The notes under the pieces were generated by a model that was given only the letters and a program-made list of their open reading frames with translations, was not told the origin of the DNA and made no database searches. The position numbers were made by a program, and so were the translations under genes. A DNA stretch of 64,000 nt from Glaucostegus cemiculus (Eukaryota), in the NCBI GenBank assembly GCA_976551045.1, contig CDPCPM010000043.1, positions 2,542,001 through 2,606,000 on the forward strand, read 5' to 3'. Below are positions 49,726 through 63,180 of this stretch, one piece after another. How positions within the stretch are numbered: the first letter of the stretch is position 1; every line of letters begins with the position of its first letter.

Positions 49726-50889
49726 TTACATTTTCAGAATGTAACACTACAGAAACAAAGACAAAAGACAATACATGATTTTCTTTTCTGTGAAAAGTGA
49801 TAGAACTTGGATAACATTTGTTAGGAGGGAGTTAGGAGTATTCCTGCTTACACATCAAAAGATCTTTGCAATTTAAAAATGTGAGCTATGGAGAGTGGAA
49901 ACTGAGGAATGCATGCTCAAAGCATCACTTGCTTGTTTCTTAAATCTGAACATGGAAAAGCCTGCACCTTGTGGAATTTCATTTGATACAAACAATGCAG
50001 AGATCTATCACAAAGTATCTCCGGTGATTCAGAAACCGGTACCTGTGAGGTGTAGCACAAGGGAAAAAGAAATCCTAAATTGCTTTTTAAAGCTTTGTCA
50101 TGCTGGAAAATCGGGAAGTAACATATTGCTAGAAGTCATGTAAAATGATTCTCTTCTCTTCCACTTTGCAAATCAAAGAAAACTCTCCTCACTCTATTAC
50201 TTGTAGTCTATATTTAGCTGCAACCTGAAACTAACTGCAAACATGCACAAGAAAAGGAAATAATGCTTTTAACATACTTTAGTGTATTTGCAATGCTAAG
50301 TATCAGCAGTGTGAGAGTTAAGAGCCCAGCAAGTGTAAGGTTTTGGTCTGACATATGTTTGTGGATACACAAAATGTGGTCAGTTCATTGATGCAACTTG
50401 GCAGCTTTATTAAAAAAAATCACTGCAGGATGAAATTACATATTGAACCAATTTGGCTGCAAATCAAAGCACACTGCAGTTTAGCATTGAGGAGAATGGC
50501 TCTTTGTTCTTTGTTAATCGGGTCTGTCAAACAAAAAAGGCTAATTCAAAAATAGATCCTAATGAACAATTGCTAATGAACAATTACTTTTTAATTTTGC
50601 TTCTGTAAAGTAATTCGTACTTGGTTTTCTTTAGTGGTGAGTTTTCATGGAAGTGCTACTGAAACTATAGTTCTGCATGCCAGTGTAACTTTGCCAAGAG
50701 CGAGCATGAATATTCCCATCTAAGTATTAGTTTGGATTCCTGGTGCCAGGAAATCCCTCTAAAGATCATCTGTCTTATAAGATTTTGGAGAGACATTGGG
50801 TAAGGCGTTGAGCAAAGAGAGGAGAAAATCCAGTGTTGCTGTTGCAACTTGCATCCACATTGATTGTTTACATTTGACTAAATTGCCAA

Positions 50890-52822
50890 AGAGAGATGTT
50901 ATGGATGCGGTGAGAGGTGAGGACCTCGATACAATCACTGTCACTAAAGAGGTAGTGATGAGAAAACTAGTGGGCCTAAAGGTAGACAAGTCCCCTGGTC
51001 CTGATGGGATTCATCCCAAGGTACTGAAAGAAATGGCGGAAGTGATAGTAGAGGCACTTGTGAAAATTTACCAAAATTCTCTGGACTCTGGGCAGGTCCC
51101 GGTGGATTGGAAGCGAATGTCATGCCACTGTTTAAAAAAGGATATAGGCAGAAGGCAGGTAACTTTATGCCAGTTAGCTTAATGTCTGTAGTCAGGAAAA
51201 TGCTTGAAGCTATCATTAAGGAAGAAATAGTGAGACTTCTGGATAGAAGTGGTTCTATCAGGCAAACGCAGCATGGATTCGGGAAGCGCAGGTCCAGTTT
51301 GACAGACCTACTGGAGTTCTTTGAGGATATACTGAGCAGAGTGGATAGAGGGGAAAGGGTGGATGTCGTATATTTGAACTCCAGAACGCATTCGATAAGG
51401 TGCTGCATAAAAGACATGAATAAGATAAGGATGCATGGAGTTGGGGTAATGCATTAGGGCGGCATGATAGCGTAGCGGTTAGCGCAGCACTGTTACAGCG
51501 CCAGCGATCGGAGTTCGATTCCCGTCGCTGACTGTAAGGAGTTTGTACGTTCTCCCGTGTCTGCGTGGGTTTCCTCTGGGTGCTCCGGTTTCCTCCCACA
51601 TTCTAAAAGACGTACAGGTAGGTTAATTTGTGGGTGTATAAAATGGGCGGCGCGGACTCATTGGGCCGAAAGGGCCTGTTACCACGCTGTATATAAAATT
51701 AATTTTTAAAAAATTAATTAATTAAATTCATTAGCATGGATAAAGGATTGGGTAACCAGTAGAAGGCAGAGAGTTGGGATAAATGGATGTTTCTCTGGTT
51801 GGCAATCAGTGTTGAGCGGGGTGCTGCAGGGGTTGGTGCTGGGCCCGCAACTGTTCATGATATACATTAATGGTTTGGAAGAGGGGACTGAATGTAGCAC
51901 ATCTAAGTTTGCTGATGACACAAAATTGAGTAGAAAAGCAGATGCTGAGAGTCTGCAGAGAGATATAGATAGGTTAAGTGAGTGTGCAAGGGTCTGGCAT
52001 ATGGAATACATTTTGGTAAATGCGAGGTCATCCACTTTGGAAGGGAAAATAGAAGATTGGATTATTATTTAAATGGGGAAAGATTGCAGGATGCTGTTGT
52101 GCACAGGGACTTGGGAGTGCTTGTGCATAATTCACAAAAGGTTGGTTTGCGGGTGCAACAGGTTATCAAGAAGACAAATGGAATATTGGCCTTCACTGCT
52201 AGGGGGGTTGAATTTAAGAGCAGGGAGGTTATGCTGCAACTGTATGGTGTACTGGTGAGGCCACACCTGAAGTACTGCATGCAGTTCTGGTCGCCTTACT
52301 TGAGGAAAGAGATACTGGCTTTGGAGGTGGTGCAGAGGTGGTTCACCAGGTTGATTCCAGAGATGAGGGGCTTAACCTGTGAGGAGAGATTGAGTTGCCT
52401 GGGACTATACTCGCTGGAATTCAGAAGAATGAGAAGGGATCTTATAGAAACATAAAATTATGAAAGGGATAGATAAGACAGAGGCAGGAAGGTTGTTTTG
52501 CATTGGTAGGTGAGACTAGAACTAGGGGACGTAGCCTCAAGATTCCGGGGAATAGATTTAGGACAGAGATGAGGAGAAACTGTTTTTCCCCAGAGAGTAG
52601 TGAGCCTGTGGAATTCTCTGCCCAGGAAGGCAGTGGAGGCTACCTCATTAAATATATTTAAGACACAGATAGATTTTTGCATAGTAGGGGAATTAAGGGT
52701 TATGGGGGACAGGTAGGTAGGTGGAGCTGAGTCCACGGAGAGATCAGCCATGATCTTATTGAATGGCAGAACAGGCTCAACGGGCCAGATGTACTACTCC
52801 TGCTCCTATTTCTTATGTTCTA
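50890..52822 (+). mobile_element. CR1 LINE RT region, frameshifted, with SINE insertion
   Basis: DKSPGPDGIHPKVLKE, SGVLQGLVLGPQLF, KFADDTK, LVRPHLKYC; ends CCTGCTCCTATTTCTTATGTTCT. Confidence 0.9.
51458..51728 (+). mobile_element. Young tRNA-derived V-SINE with CR1-like tail
   Basis: A-box-like TAGCGTAGCGG, B-box GAGTTCGATTC, V-domain, GGGCCGAAAGGGCCTG tail, AT-rich end; flanked by CATTAG duplication (51452-51457, 51729-51734); CpG-rich. Confidence 0.9.
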
Positions 52823-53996
52823 AAGGTCGGTCCAGCTTTGTAAAAGAGGAAAGAAATCCTACGGAACCACGGTACCCTGATTATACACTCTGAGATGAGA
52901 GTTTCATTCAGTTATCTCCTGCAGGTTTCTATTGTACATTATTTGGTCAAGTCCACAAATTTTCTTTGCATGTACTCTCTTCCATGAAGTACTACGGTTG
53001 CCAACATCATATTTCAAACATACGGGATAACATTTGCGATTGTGGCAATTGCTTCTTCCCTCCTTTTATTTCCTCCAGCAGCAGCAGCACTGATTAACTA
53101 ACAGTATTTGACTGCTTGACATCAGGCCAGGTGGGTTGAGCAGCCTATTACATATTTTGTGGGTGGAGCTTGCTTTGCCTTGTAGTGAATGATTCCTTCC
53201 AATTGTTCCCAGGAGTGCCAGCTGGGAAGATCATTTTTCCTTGAGATTGAAGTTATTCTGTAGCAAACTGACAGTGCTTGGCACTTACTGCAAAATACTG
53301 GGCCATTGTGTTAGTCTGATGATTCTGAGACCAAATACTATATTAGAGTTATTTAGTCTGGGACTGGGACAGAACCTAATTTTGTTGGTTGGATGCACAT
53401 GTTCAGAAAATTTATACGGGATAAAGGGAATCCTGATTTTTAGAAGGTTAGACGAAGGTTAGATTTAAAACAAGGCTTGCTGTTCAATACAGATTATTGG
53501 CAACACTATTAATGACCTATTTTGAATGTAATCCACTAAGCAATAACAATTGCAACTGCAACTGATTGAAATTGAGAATGTACCAACATTTCATCTTGCA
53601 GAGCAGAAACTGAAGGGGTTGAACTTAACTTTGAATATCAGCATGATTAACGTGATACTCATCCAGATGACATTATCCTACTGGATTTCAAATAAAACCA
53701 GCAGCTGAGTTTTGAAAAGCTTTTGGTAGAAGTGCCCATTTAAAAGGTATGAATAATGGAAGGGAATGTACTTTACCCACTAAGATATTTAAAAAAAAAT
53801 TAAAACTTTTTTATTTTTAACAAGAATCAGCGGTGAGATTAATAGCAAGCAGCTTTATAGGAAATTCGGTAGATTGGTGTCAGGTTTATCCTGGATTAGG
53901 AAATTACTGAGATTGCAGATCCTGGATGAGATGTCCTCCCGTCTGTTTGTGTGGAAAAACGTTGAGTTTTGTTACAAGTGAGATCTGACCCAATGT

Positions 53997-55004
53997 TAGA
54001 ACATAGAACATAGAACAATACAGCACAGAACAGGCCCTTCGGCCCATCAAGCTGTGCCATCCTACAAACATCTCCCAAACTAACTCTTTCCACCCTCATA
54101 TCCTACTATTCCACATTCTTCCATGTGCTTATCTAACAATCTCTTAAACCTGTCCAACGTATCTGCCTCCACTACCACCCCAGGCAGTGCATTCCATGCA
54201 CCAACCACTCTCTGGGTGAAAAACTTCCCTCTGACATCTCCCCTATACTTTCCACCAATTATCTTAAAGGCATGCCCTCTCGTCTTTAGCATCTGCACTC
54301 TGGGAAAGAGGCGCTGACTATTAACTCTATCTATTCCTCTCAATATCTTAAACACCTCTATCAAGTCCCCTCTCATCCTCCTCCTCTCTAATGAGTAGAG
54401 CCCTAGCACCTTAAGCCTCTCTTTATATTCCATACCCTCCAATCCAGGCATCATCCTGGTAAAACGCCTCTGCACCCTCTCCAACGCCTCCACATCCTTC
54501 CTATAATGCGGCGACCAGAACTGAACACAATATTCCAAGTGCGGCCTAACTAGAGTTTTGTAAAGCAGCATCATCACCTCTCTGCTCTTGAACTCAATCC
54601 CTTTATTTATAAAAGCCAACATCCCATAAGCCTTCCTAACAGCCCTATCCACTTGCGAGGCAACTTTGAGTGAACTGTGGATATGAACCCCCAGATCCCT
54701 CTGCTCCTCTACACTGCCAAGAACCTTACCATTTACCTTATACTCTGTCCTGGAGTTTGTCCTCCCAAAGTGCACCACCTCACACTTCTCCGGATTAAAC
54801 TCCATCTGCCACCTGTCAGCCCAGTTCTGCATCCTATCAATATCCCCCTGTAAGCTCCTACAGTCCTCCACACTATCTACCACACCACCGATCTTGGTGT
54901 CATCTGCAAACTTACCAACCCATCCCTCCACTCCTTCATCCAAATCATCTATGAATATAACAAAGAGTAGAGGCCCCAGAACCGATCCCTGCGGGACTCC
55001 ACTG
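53997..55004 (-). mobile_element. Young 5'-truncated CR1 LINE with an intact RT C-terminal ORF
   Basis: ORF 54080-55018: SGVPQGSVLGPLLF, KFADDTK, LVRPHLEYCVQFWSP; (ATGTTCT)n tail. Confidence 0.95.
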
Positions 55005-55274
55005 TTTAATGTGTTCATCCTCTGGATAGCAAAATGTTTAGTTCCAGAATTCTTAGTTTTGAAATGTTACTCCTTATACACTAATGTGCTACTCAAATGA
55101 TACAATGTAATAGGCCTTGAAATTGTACTTGTGAAATTGAACTCTCCAGCATATGGCTAGGATTGTTACTGCATTGTGTCCAGTAATCTATGACTGCAAG
55201 ATATAAGTTTCTCTGCAGTGATTTCATACCAAAAAAACTTAACGTTGGCCAGAAGAGAATCATCTGTTGTTAAT

Positions 55275-56470
55275 AGAACCTAGACCACAGAACAGTACAG
55301 CACAGGAACAGGCCCTTCAGCCCATGTAATTGTGCCAAACTAATTAAACTAGTAATTAAATGCCTAACTATACTAGTCCCTTATGCCTACACAAGTCCAC
55401 ATCCCTCCATTCTCTGTATATTAAGAGACTCTTAACTGCCTCTATCATATTTCCCCCCACTATCACCATTGGCAGCACATTCGAGGCACTCACCACTCTC
55501 CGTGTAAAAATGCCCAGCATATCTCCTTTGAACCTACCACCTCTCGCCTTAAATGCATGCCCTTTAGTATTAGACATTTTGAACCCAGGAAAAAGATACC
55601 GGCTGTCTACTCTATTTATGCTTCTCATAATCTTATAAACTTCTGTAGGGAGCTATGGACTTCGACCCCAAGATCCCTCTGAATATAACACTGTTAAGGG
55701 TCCTACCATCAACTTTGTAATTTCCCTTTACATTTGACTTCCCAAAGTGCAACACTTCACACTTGGCCAGATTAAACTCCATCTGTCATTGTTCTGCCCA
55801 GATCTGCAACTGATCTATATTCTGCTATATCCTTTGGCAATCTTCTATACTATCCACAATGCCACCAATCTTTGAGTCATCTGCAAACTTATTAACTGAC
55901 CCATCATTGTTTTCATCCAAGTCTTTTGTATATACCACAAACAGCAAAGGTCCCAGTACAGATCCCTGTAGAACACCTCTAGTCACAAATCTCCAAGCAG
56001 AATAAGTCCCATTGGTTTGTTCATAGAAGACAAAGGGTAGTGGTCAATTTCAAATCCAGACAGCCAAGTTACCATGGATCCCATGCATCTCAATCTTCTG
56101 AATGAGCCTACCATGTGGGAAATTGTCAAACGCCTTACTAAAAATTCATGTAAACAACATTCATAGCTCCATCATCATCAATGATCTTCGTCACCTCAAA
56201 AAGCTCAGTCAAGTTAGTAAGATGTTAGCACAAAGCCATGCTGATTATCTCTAATTAAGCCATGGTTCTCCAACAGCTCATAAATTCTATCCCTCAGAAT
56301 CCTCTTCAATAGGTTCCCTACCACTGACATGAGACGCGCCTGTCTATAGTTAACAGGATTATCCTTATTTTCCTTCTTAAACAACAGAGCAACATTGGCT
56401 ATTTGCCAGTCCTCTGAGACCATGCCTGTGCCTAGAGAGGACACAAAGATCTTGGTCAAGGCCCCAGACC
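55275..56470 (-). mobile_element. CR1 LINE fragment with internal deletions
   Basis: DWQIANVALLFKK...NYR...NQHGFV; KFADDSK; 3' end similar to 17015-17400. Confidence 0.85.
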
Positions 56471-57963
56471 TATTAATCTTTAATTAAAAATTGAGGAAAA
56501 TTTCATAATGTTGGACAGCATCTGTAGAGAAATTGCTTGAAACATTAGCCCTATTTTCTTGTACACAAAAGGACTTTGATAGTAGCTTGACTACAGATCT
56601 CATTTATTCACTGATATCTAAGCTGAATGATGTCATCCTGAAATTAGAATTGGCCTTTCTTGCATAACCAGTAAGCCAATATTTTCGGGGGGAAAAACAA
56701 TGCAAGATAAAATGCTCTAAATTTGTTGGTACTTACCTAAAATTGAAGCAGAAAATTTTAGGAAATCAGCAAGTCATGCATCATCAGTCTAAAATGTTGC
56801 CTGTTTAGTAATTCCAGCATTTGCCTTTTTTTTGCCTTTTGCAACTTATCCATCCATTTAGGGAAAAACTGACTTTCTCAAGGTGATCATTCCAGAAAGT
56901 TTTTTTTGTAATTGGAAGTATAGGCTGGAGAAAGTGTGCTGTACTTTTTCACTCCAAGTGCAGTGATCCTGTTAATTTAATACTGAGCCTGACCAAAATG
57001 AGTCACATTGTGGCTGAGTACTCTTGCAGAGACAGTGCATTCCAATTCATACTTGAAGTTGAGGGCATTTTTGAGCAGAACATTTTACAGTATTCCCTTA
57101 CATTGTTGTAGTTATTCTATGGATTTTCTTAAACACAGAACCATACAAATATTGAGCCAAGAGTTGCACTAAGATGCATAAAATTTGAAAATTGGGATTC
57201 TTTTTCTTTGCCTGTACTTCTGACTCATACAAAACAACCATGTCCCTCCATGAAATGAATAAAAATTCCAACAAAGGGTCTTTGACTTGAAATGTTAATT
57301 CTGCTTCTCTTTCCACAGATGCTACCTAACTTGCATCATTTTCTGTTTTATCAGATGCTACACTTAAAGAATCCTTGATTTAAGTCTAATAGAATTCTGG
57401 GGAACTCTACTGATATGAATTGATATGGAATATTTGCATGTGGTCAGTTGTTTTGTATATAACAGACATGGATGTTAATTTAAGGAATTAAAGGCAAATG
57501 TTCTAATTTGCAGACTTGAAACAAATTTGACTTTTCTATATTTGTATCTTTCTCAAACTGACTTAATAATTCCTGAACTAAACTTTCATCTTTATGCATC
57601 CCACATTCCCTAGATGGAATTTAATATGATAAACTGTAATACTATTTGTGGTCTTTGTAACCAATTAAATATATTTTTCATTTAAAAAAAGTTAATGCCT
57701 CTGAGACTTAAATTGGAAATTGTAAGGTTTGAATTTGCAAGCTCTCTTGTAATATTATCACTAACTACTGATACAGAATGATTGGTGGTTATGAGGTACC
57801 TGGAAGGAGAGCCTATTGTCTACGAAGCAGTTCCTACATTTTGTATTTTTCAGAGAATAATTCTAAGTTATCATAAATTATCTGGTTTGCCAATAGAGGT
57901 TTGAATAACTTTATGATTTTCTTGTTAAAAGATTATTCTAAATTATTTTTGTATTCTATGCAG

Positions 57964-58005
57964 GTAGTGTTACTATTCAGACAGAAGCAGGTGCTGTTAC
58001 AGTAG
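57964..58005 (+). CDS. FAM185A: FAM185A exon 5 (42 nt)
   Basis: TCTATGCAG| (G)SVTIQTEAGAVTV |GTAAGG; phase 1 to 1; fills the expected GNITLQSKMGNITV-like segment. Confidence 0.85.
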   Translation, partial: VVLLFRQKQVLLQ

Positions 58006-61000
58006 GTAAGGAACTCCTTCCCTCATTTGCTCATACTCATTCCAGCTTATTTAATTCTACCATAGATTTTAATAATGGCTACACGATGGAAAATATTTAC
58101 TCCAGTGATGAGTTCTGTGAAACACTGAGCAAATGGTACATTAAAAGATGAATAGAAAAGTCTTCAGTTAACAACTTCAGTGCTCCTTGGTTCTTATAAA
58201 AAAAAAGACCAAAAAGCAAGGTGTACTCAGTAAGTGTACATGGTGATGATCAGTGTGTACACCTTCAAAAGCCATATTCCATGAGCTTTGCAAACTGGCC
58301 AAAGCGCTATTTTCTCCTAATTTGCCCACTAAACATCTCTATCAAACATGATTCATATCTAGTTCTCATTGGTTTGCCTCATCCTCACATACTTGGCACA
58401 GCTGCAGTTCTCGCACCTTACAGCTTGCAACACTCCAGCTGGTCAGCCTTGACACCCACATCCCCCAAACAAATTGGATGAGATTCATTGAAACAGGCAG
58501 CAACAGCCAATTTGGAGTGGTGCTATTAGATGTGGCTGCATGGTCTTGCCTTCAGGAAGGAGGTAGTTCATGGAGCTGGCACCAAATGCTTCAGCATCTG
58601 TCACATGACTTATAGCAGACACTGGTAAATTTCAAAACTTAAGAGCACCAACGTGCGTACAATTATAATAACAGTAAAAATCAATCGGCATCTAGCCTTA
58701 AAATATTAATACTTCAACTTGCACTGATATGGGTTGGAAGGTGGCACGTCGGTTCCTTCATGTTGCTGAACACATGTTAGCTGGTTGAGGTTTGAGGTCA
58801 TTAGCCTGTTGACTCCGATTTTGCCAACAGTCAATCTACCCTGCACGCTTTTAGCAGTTATTTACTGGACATTAATGCCCTCAACAAGGGAGGTTCAGGG
58901 TCACGAACTGTCTAGAGAGCCATTCAGGTGTCTGGGTGGAATTTGGATTGAGAGGGGATCTGTGGTTTAAGGCCACTGGCACCGAGGGTTCAGGGCAGTG
59001 GGTGAGAGGATGGAAATGAACACTATTCCTTCAGAGTAGTTTTCAGTCTGAAAGATGATGGACGCCCCCTTTAATTCATGGTGAAGCAAGCCCCAGCCCT
59101 CAGGTTATAAGGTGCACTTCAGTGTTAATACCTGTGCTCTTTGCATTAGGTATCTGTGCCTGGCTCCTTCCATGCATTGGCATGTCGTACACATAGAGGA
59201 CCTTGGAAAATATTTTTGAAAATGCACTAGCATCATCTTGTGTAGAATAATGTTACATAGTGTGCTGGAATTTGTAGGCCACTGTCCTCTTGTTGTAATT
59301 ATAAGGTAAAATATATTTACATTCACTTTCAGTACTCGTGCTTGATTTTCATTGATTATACTACATCCATCAGCATGTGACTACAAATTAAGTTTCAACA
59401 ATGCTGTCAACAGTTTGATGGTGGTGTTTACAGTGGGTATGAGCAAATTGTTTTCTGAAGGGTTGTGAAATAGACAGCAACATGTTTGGATGAAGCCTAG
59501 TGCGTTTGTTTCAAACCGCTCTAGCAATTTTTATTTATGATTAGAAGAATGTTCTTCACATTATGTGAATTACCAGGCCTTAATTAGCTTGAGGTTGCTT
59601 CGAAAGCCATGTGGTGATTGATGTCTCTGCAGTTGTGTTGGATAAGGAATTCCAGAATAAAAACCTAGTCAGAATGAAGGAAAAATATCAAGAGCCTCAG
59701 ACATACAGTAACATCGCAGTCACGTTACTGGAGATGATTGTGAAGTGTAATTGAGACAGAGGTGGTATTTGGATTCCACTATAGAGTACTCAGATGACTG
59801 CATGCATGGAATAGTCCTGCATAGTTCACCGTCAAATCCACCACTTGATATTCCTATCTAATATTGAAGTGCCTCATTACACCTTTACATATTTATCACT
59901 ACTACTACTAGCCTCATGCAAATCTTGCAGCTTTGACCAAAATATTCCCCTCTGGCATGTACATCATCCAAACATATTACAATTCATTCACTATCGGAAG
60001 TGCCACTCTCGCAGCTACTCTAAAAGTTCAGACTGATGCCTGCAAGACTGATGCCTGTACTGATTCCATGTATTTCTGGATCAATGTGTTCAAATGAATT
60101 TGAAAACTATCACAGGAGTCTTGTGATCTGTTTCTGGTAGATTTCTAGGATTTGTGAGATGGCACACCAGAAAATCAATGGGCCCATAAAGCACAAGGCC
60201 TTCTGCTTTTTCTCAGAAGCATAACTGTGCTGTTCTGTTGTGCAATGACATCACTCCAGTAGTGCACTTGGTGTGACCCGTCTCTTGGCCAGGTCAGTTT
60301 GCAGCACTCATACCAAAAAGGTGCAGTCCAAAGCTAGGCCTTGCTGGTTGAAAAATAGACGATCATCCAAGTAAACCTTTTAGGTTCCTCTTCTGAAATT
60401 CAACAGTCTTCCACCATCCATGCTGCAGCCAGTGGGGTATCTGCAGAGGAGAACTAGGGCAGGCAAAGGATGTGAAAGATGGGTATAAAGGGAATGCCCA
60501 GAGGCGATTAGGTTATTTTTTAATGCAGAATGGCATGACCTTATATACTTCATTCAGGATGGTTAATTTGGTCAAGAGGACACAGTGGCCCATTACAGAG
60601 AAGGGAAATTGAACAGATGAATACCAAGTTGTGGGAGTTCAAGGATGACAAATCACTGAATGATTAGTGATTTTTTTTATATACCTTTAGTATGACCTAC
60701 ACATCAGAGATGAGCATTTTCTTGTCTAATCTACAGTTAGCTATTACTTCCTGATCAGTATCTAATAACAAAATATCCCTTTTGATTCAACCAACCAATC
60801 AATCAATATCAAATCCTTCACTTGTACTCAACTGATCTGTAATTAACAGCCACATTTATTCTACTGACCATTTGTGCTCACAGACCTATTACACTTGCCA
60901 GCATTTCTGCAGAACTTACTTGCTTTGGAAACAAGCCTGTGACCCTTTCTGTGTCTTTAAAACAACATTATAACATGCTGCCAGTTCAATTACAGAAACC

Positions 61001-61119
61001 AGGTGTGCTGTGTTTAATAGGACTGGACATTTGTTCAACATACCAAGTGCCATAAAAGTAAAACTCTCTACAAGAGACTAGGGATTGCAGTTTTCAGTTT
61101 TGTAGTTGAAACAGTTCTT

Positions 61120-61860
61120 CTTGATCACGCTGTGCAGTAAAGGGCAGGGCTGCCTCCTCCTTTCCTCGTGTTCCTTATCTGATTGTTGTATGGTTGGCAG
61201 CAATGGCTGCCCCTTATGGCAAAGTGTGTGTTACACAAATTGTGAAGCTTCGCATGTACTCTGCTGAATATTGCAGAGAATATCAGAGCAGTTTGTGCAG
61301 CAGAAATATTGTTTCAGCACACCAGTGGTTTTCTTCATGTGTCGTGTGCCAGCATAGCTTTTGTACTTGCACAGCAGTTGTGAGGGATGTCATCAGCAGA
61401 TAGCATGTAACCCTTTGATTTGCCATTGATGGCATAAATGTAAATAGCACACCATATTTGCAACAGCATGAAGGCAGCATACCTGCTGCTGGGATATTAG
61501 GCATTGAAATATAGTTCGCTGCCTATGTTTTCACCTCAGTGGAGTGAAATTCCTTTGTGTTGTGATGCAGCAAGTGGCAGATTTTATTGAAGCACAAGTA
61601 TCTTAAGCAATGATCTTGGGTGAGATTCAAACAGGAAAATTGCTTCTTGAATATCCTGAACTGAAGTGGCTTCCAAAGATGAGCTTGGCGTCTTATCCTC
61701 GTTTTCTTCTTGTTCCTTGTTCCACTCTGTGTCCTCTGCTCATCCTCCTTCTAAAATTGTTTTTTTTTTACTAATTCCTCCATGCCTAGGAGCAACCTGT
61801 TTATAGAAATCCCTTGAAGTCATTGAAAATTTAGCAGCATCTGTGATGTCAGTCCCCATA
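61120..61860 (-). mobile_element. PIF/Harbinger transposase fossil with internal deletion
   Basis: Minus strand: RIFKKQFSCLNLTQDHCLRYLCFNKICHLL joined directly to NTKEFHS, then NA*YPSSRYAAFMLLQ, KGY..LMTSL, AGTRHMKKTTGVLKQYFC; 3' segment resembles 12340-12440. Confidence 0.75.
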
Positions 61861-62442
61861 GACTTTTATAGTTTGAACTAACTATGGAATGCAGTAAAAT
61901 GCTTATAGATTAATATCAGTAGCTAGAAGAAAGCAATAATTGACATAAGTAATTTGTGCCCCCTTCTTAAAATAATGCCATTGGGAAGGGCTGATTCTTC
62001 CTGCTGCTAATATGTGTTTAGGCATGCAAAGTTGAGATTCAAAATGGCAAATAGTTTCAAAAATAATTTCAGGGAGCTGTAGTCCCACAGAAAATTATAG
62101 CAGAAGTAACTGATTTTTTTTCCCATATTTGTCCCCCTTGTTTAGTATGAAACATCTGCAAGCTATACTTTTTTCAAAGCCCTCAGCTGGCTTAAGATGA
62201 TGCTTTTTGCAGGATTCGATGTGTCATCTTGCTGTTTTCCACCCTTTTTTTGCACTTCCCCTCTCCTGGGACAATGCACTCCAAATGCATTCAAAAACCC
62301 CAGCTGGCATTCCACTTATGCTGAGGGAGCTTGAGTATTAGAATAACCTCATAAAGCCCCGATTTTCAGCATGTTATTGGTCCAAGGAGCTAACAAGTAA
62401 AATGAAATGGCAACAACTGAAGTATCAATTGTTTACCTGTAG

Positions 62443-62538
62443 ATTCCTCTGATGGCAATCTAAAGGCTACAACACAACAAGGCGACTTGGATGTTTACAT
62501 CAGCCAGCTGGGAATTGTGAATCTCCTTACACAAGAAG
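62443..62538 (+). CDS. FAM185A: FAM185A exon 6 (gene continues beyond the window)
   Basis: CCTGTAG| (D)SSDGNLKATTQQGDLDVYISQLGIVNLLTQE(G) |GTGAGA; 96 nt, phase 1 to 1. Confidence 0.9.
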
Positions 62539-63180
62539 GTGAGATGCTGCAAAGATGTCAATAGTGCACCTCTAATTTGATAGCCTATCTAGAATTTGGA
62601 ACACAATATAAAAACCTATGGAATTTTCCTTTGGCCATAAACTGCCTGCCAGAAGTGTTTATTGGCAGGTGATCTGATCTCACTCGGCAGAAGGGGCTGT
62701 GGTGTTTGTGCTTGTGTGCTAAAATTCCTAATGAGTATTCTGTGGATTTTATTTGAACCATTCAGAAAGATGACTGAAGTTACTTAATTTGATGGCTGTT
62801 TTGATGTTTACATCTAAGCAATTTTGGGCGCTCTATAATAGGGAGTAAAGGTGGACGGAGTAGTGCAAGTGTTTAGGAGTAATGGATTTTGTCCTGATGG
62901 GCAATAAATGTTGGCTGGTCACACATATTTAAAATTGCCCATCTGGGCAATTTCCTCTACTACAAAGAACACAGTGAAAGCTTGTTTACCTAGCAAGTGC
63001 CAGACCTGTTAAGCAAGTTTGCCAATTAACCTAATATAGGTCTAGTTGCTCTCTCAGTGATGTCCCTCCATTGCCCTGGCAACTCCCATTTAGTTAATGG
63101 AGTGTGCCACTTAGTAATTACTGTAATATAAAAAGGTGTTTTAAGTTTTTTTTGTCAATTATAGAAGTTGAACCTGATTT

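Noticed and set aside
51458-51535. tRNA gene
   Set aside because: The tRNA-like head runs straight into a V-domain, LINE-like tail and TSD, so it is a SINE.
58480-59200. Further Harbinger remnant (FRKEVV, FRCL strings)
   Set aside because: Motifs are too short and not clearly collinear to call by eye.
62820-63140. MITE with central palindrome AAATTGCCCA-TC-TGGGCAATTT
   Set aside because: The short hairpin is real, but I could not define terminal inverted repeats or a TSD.
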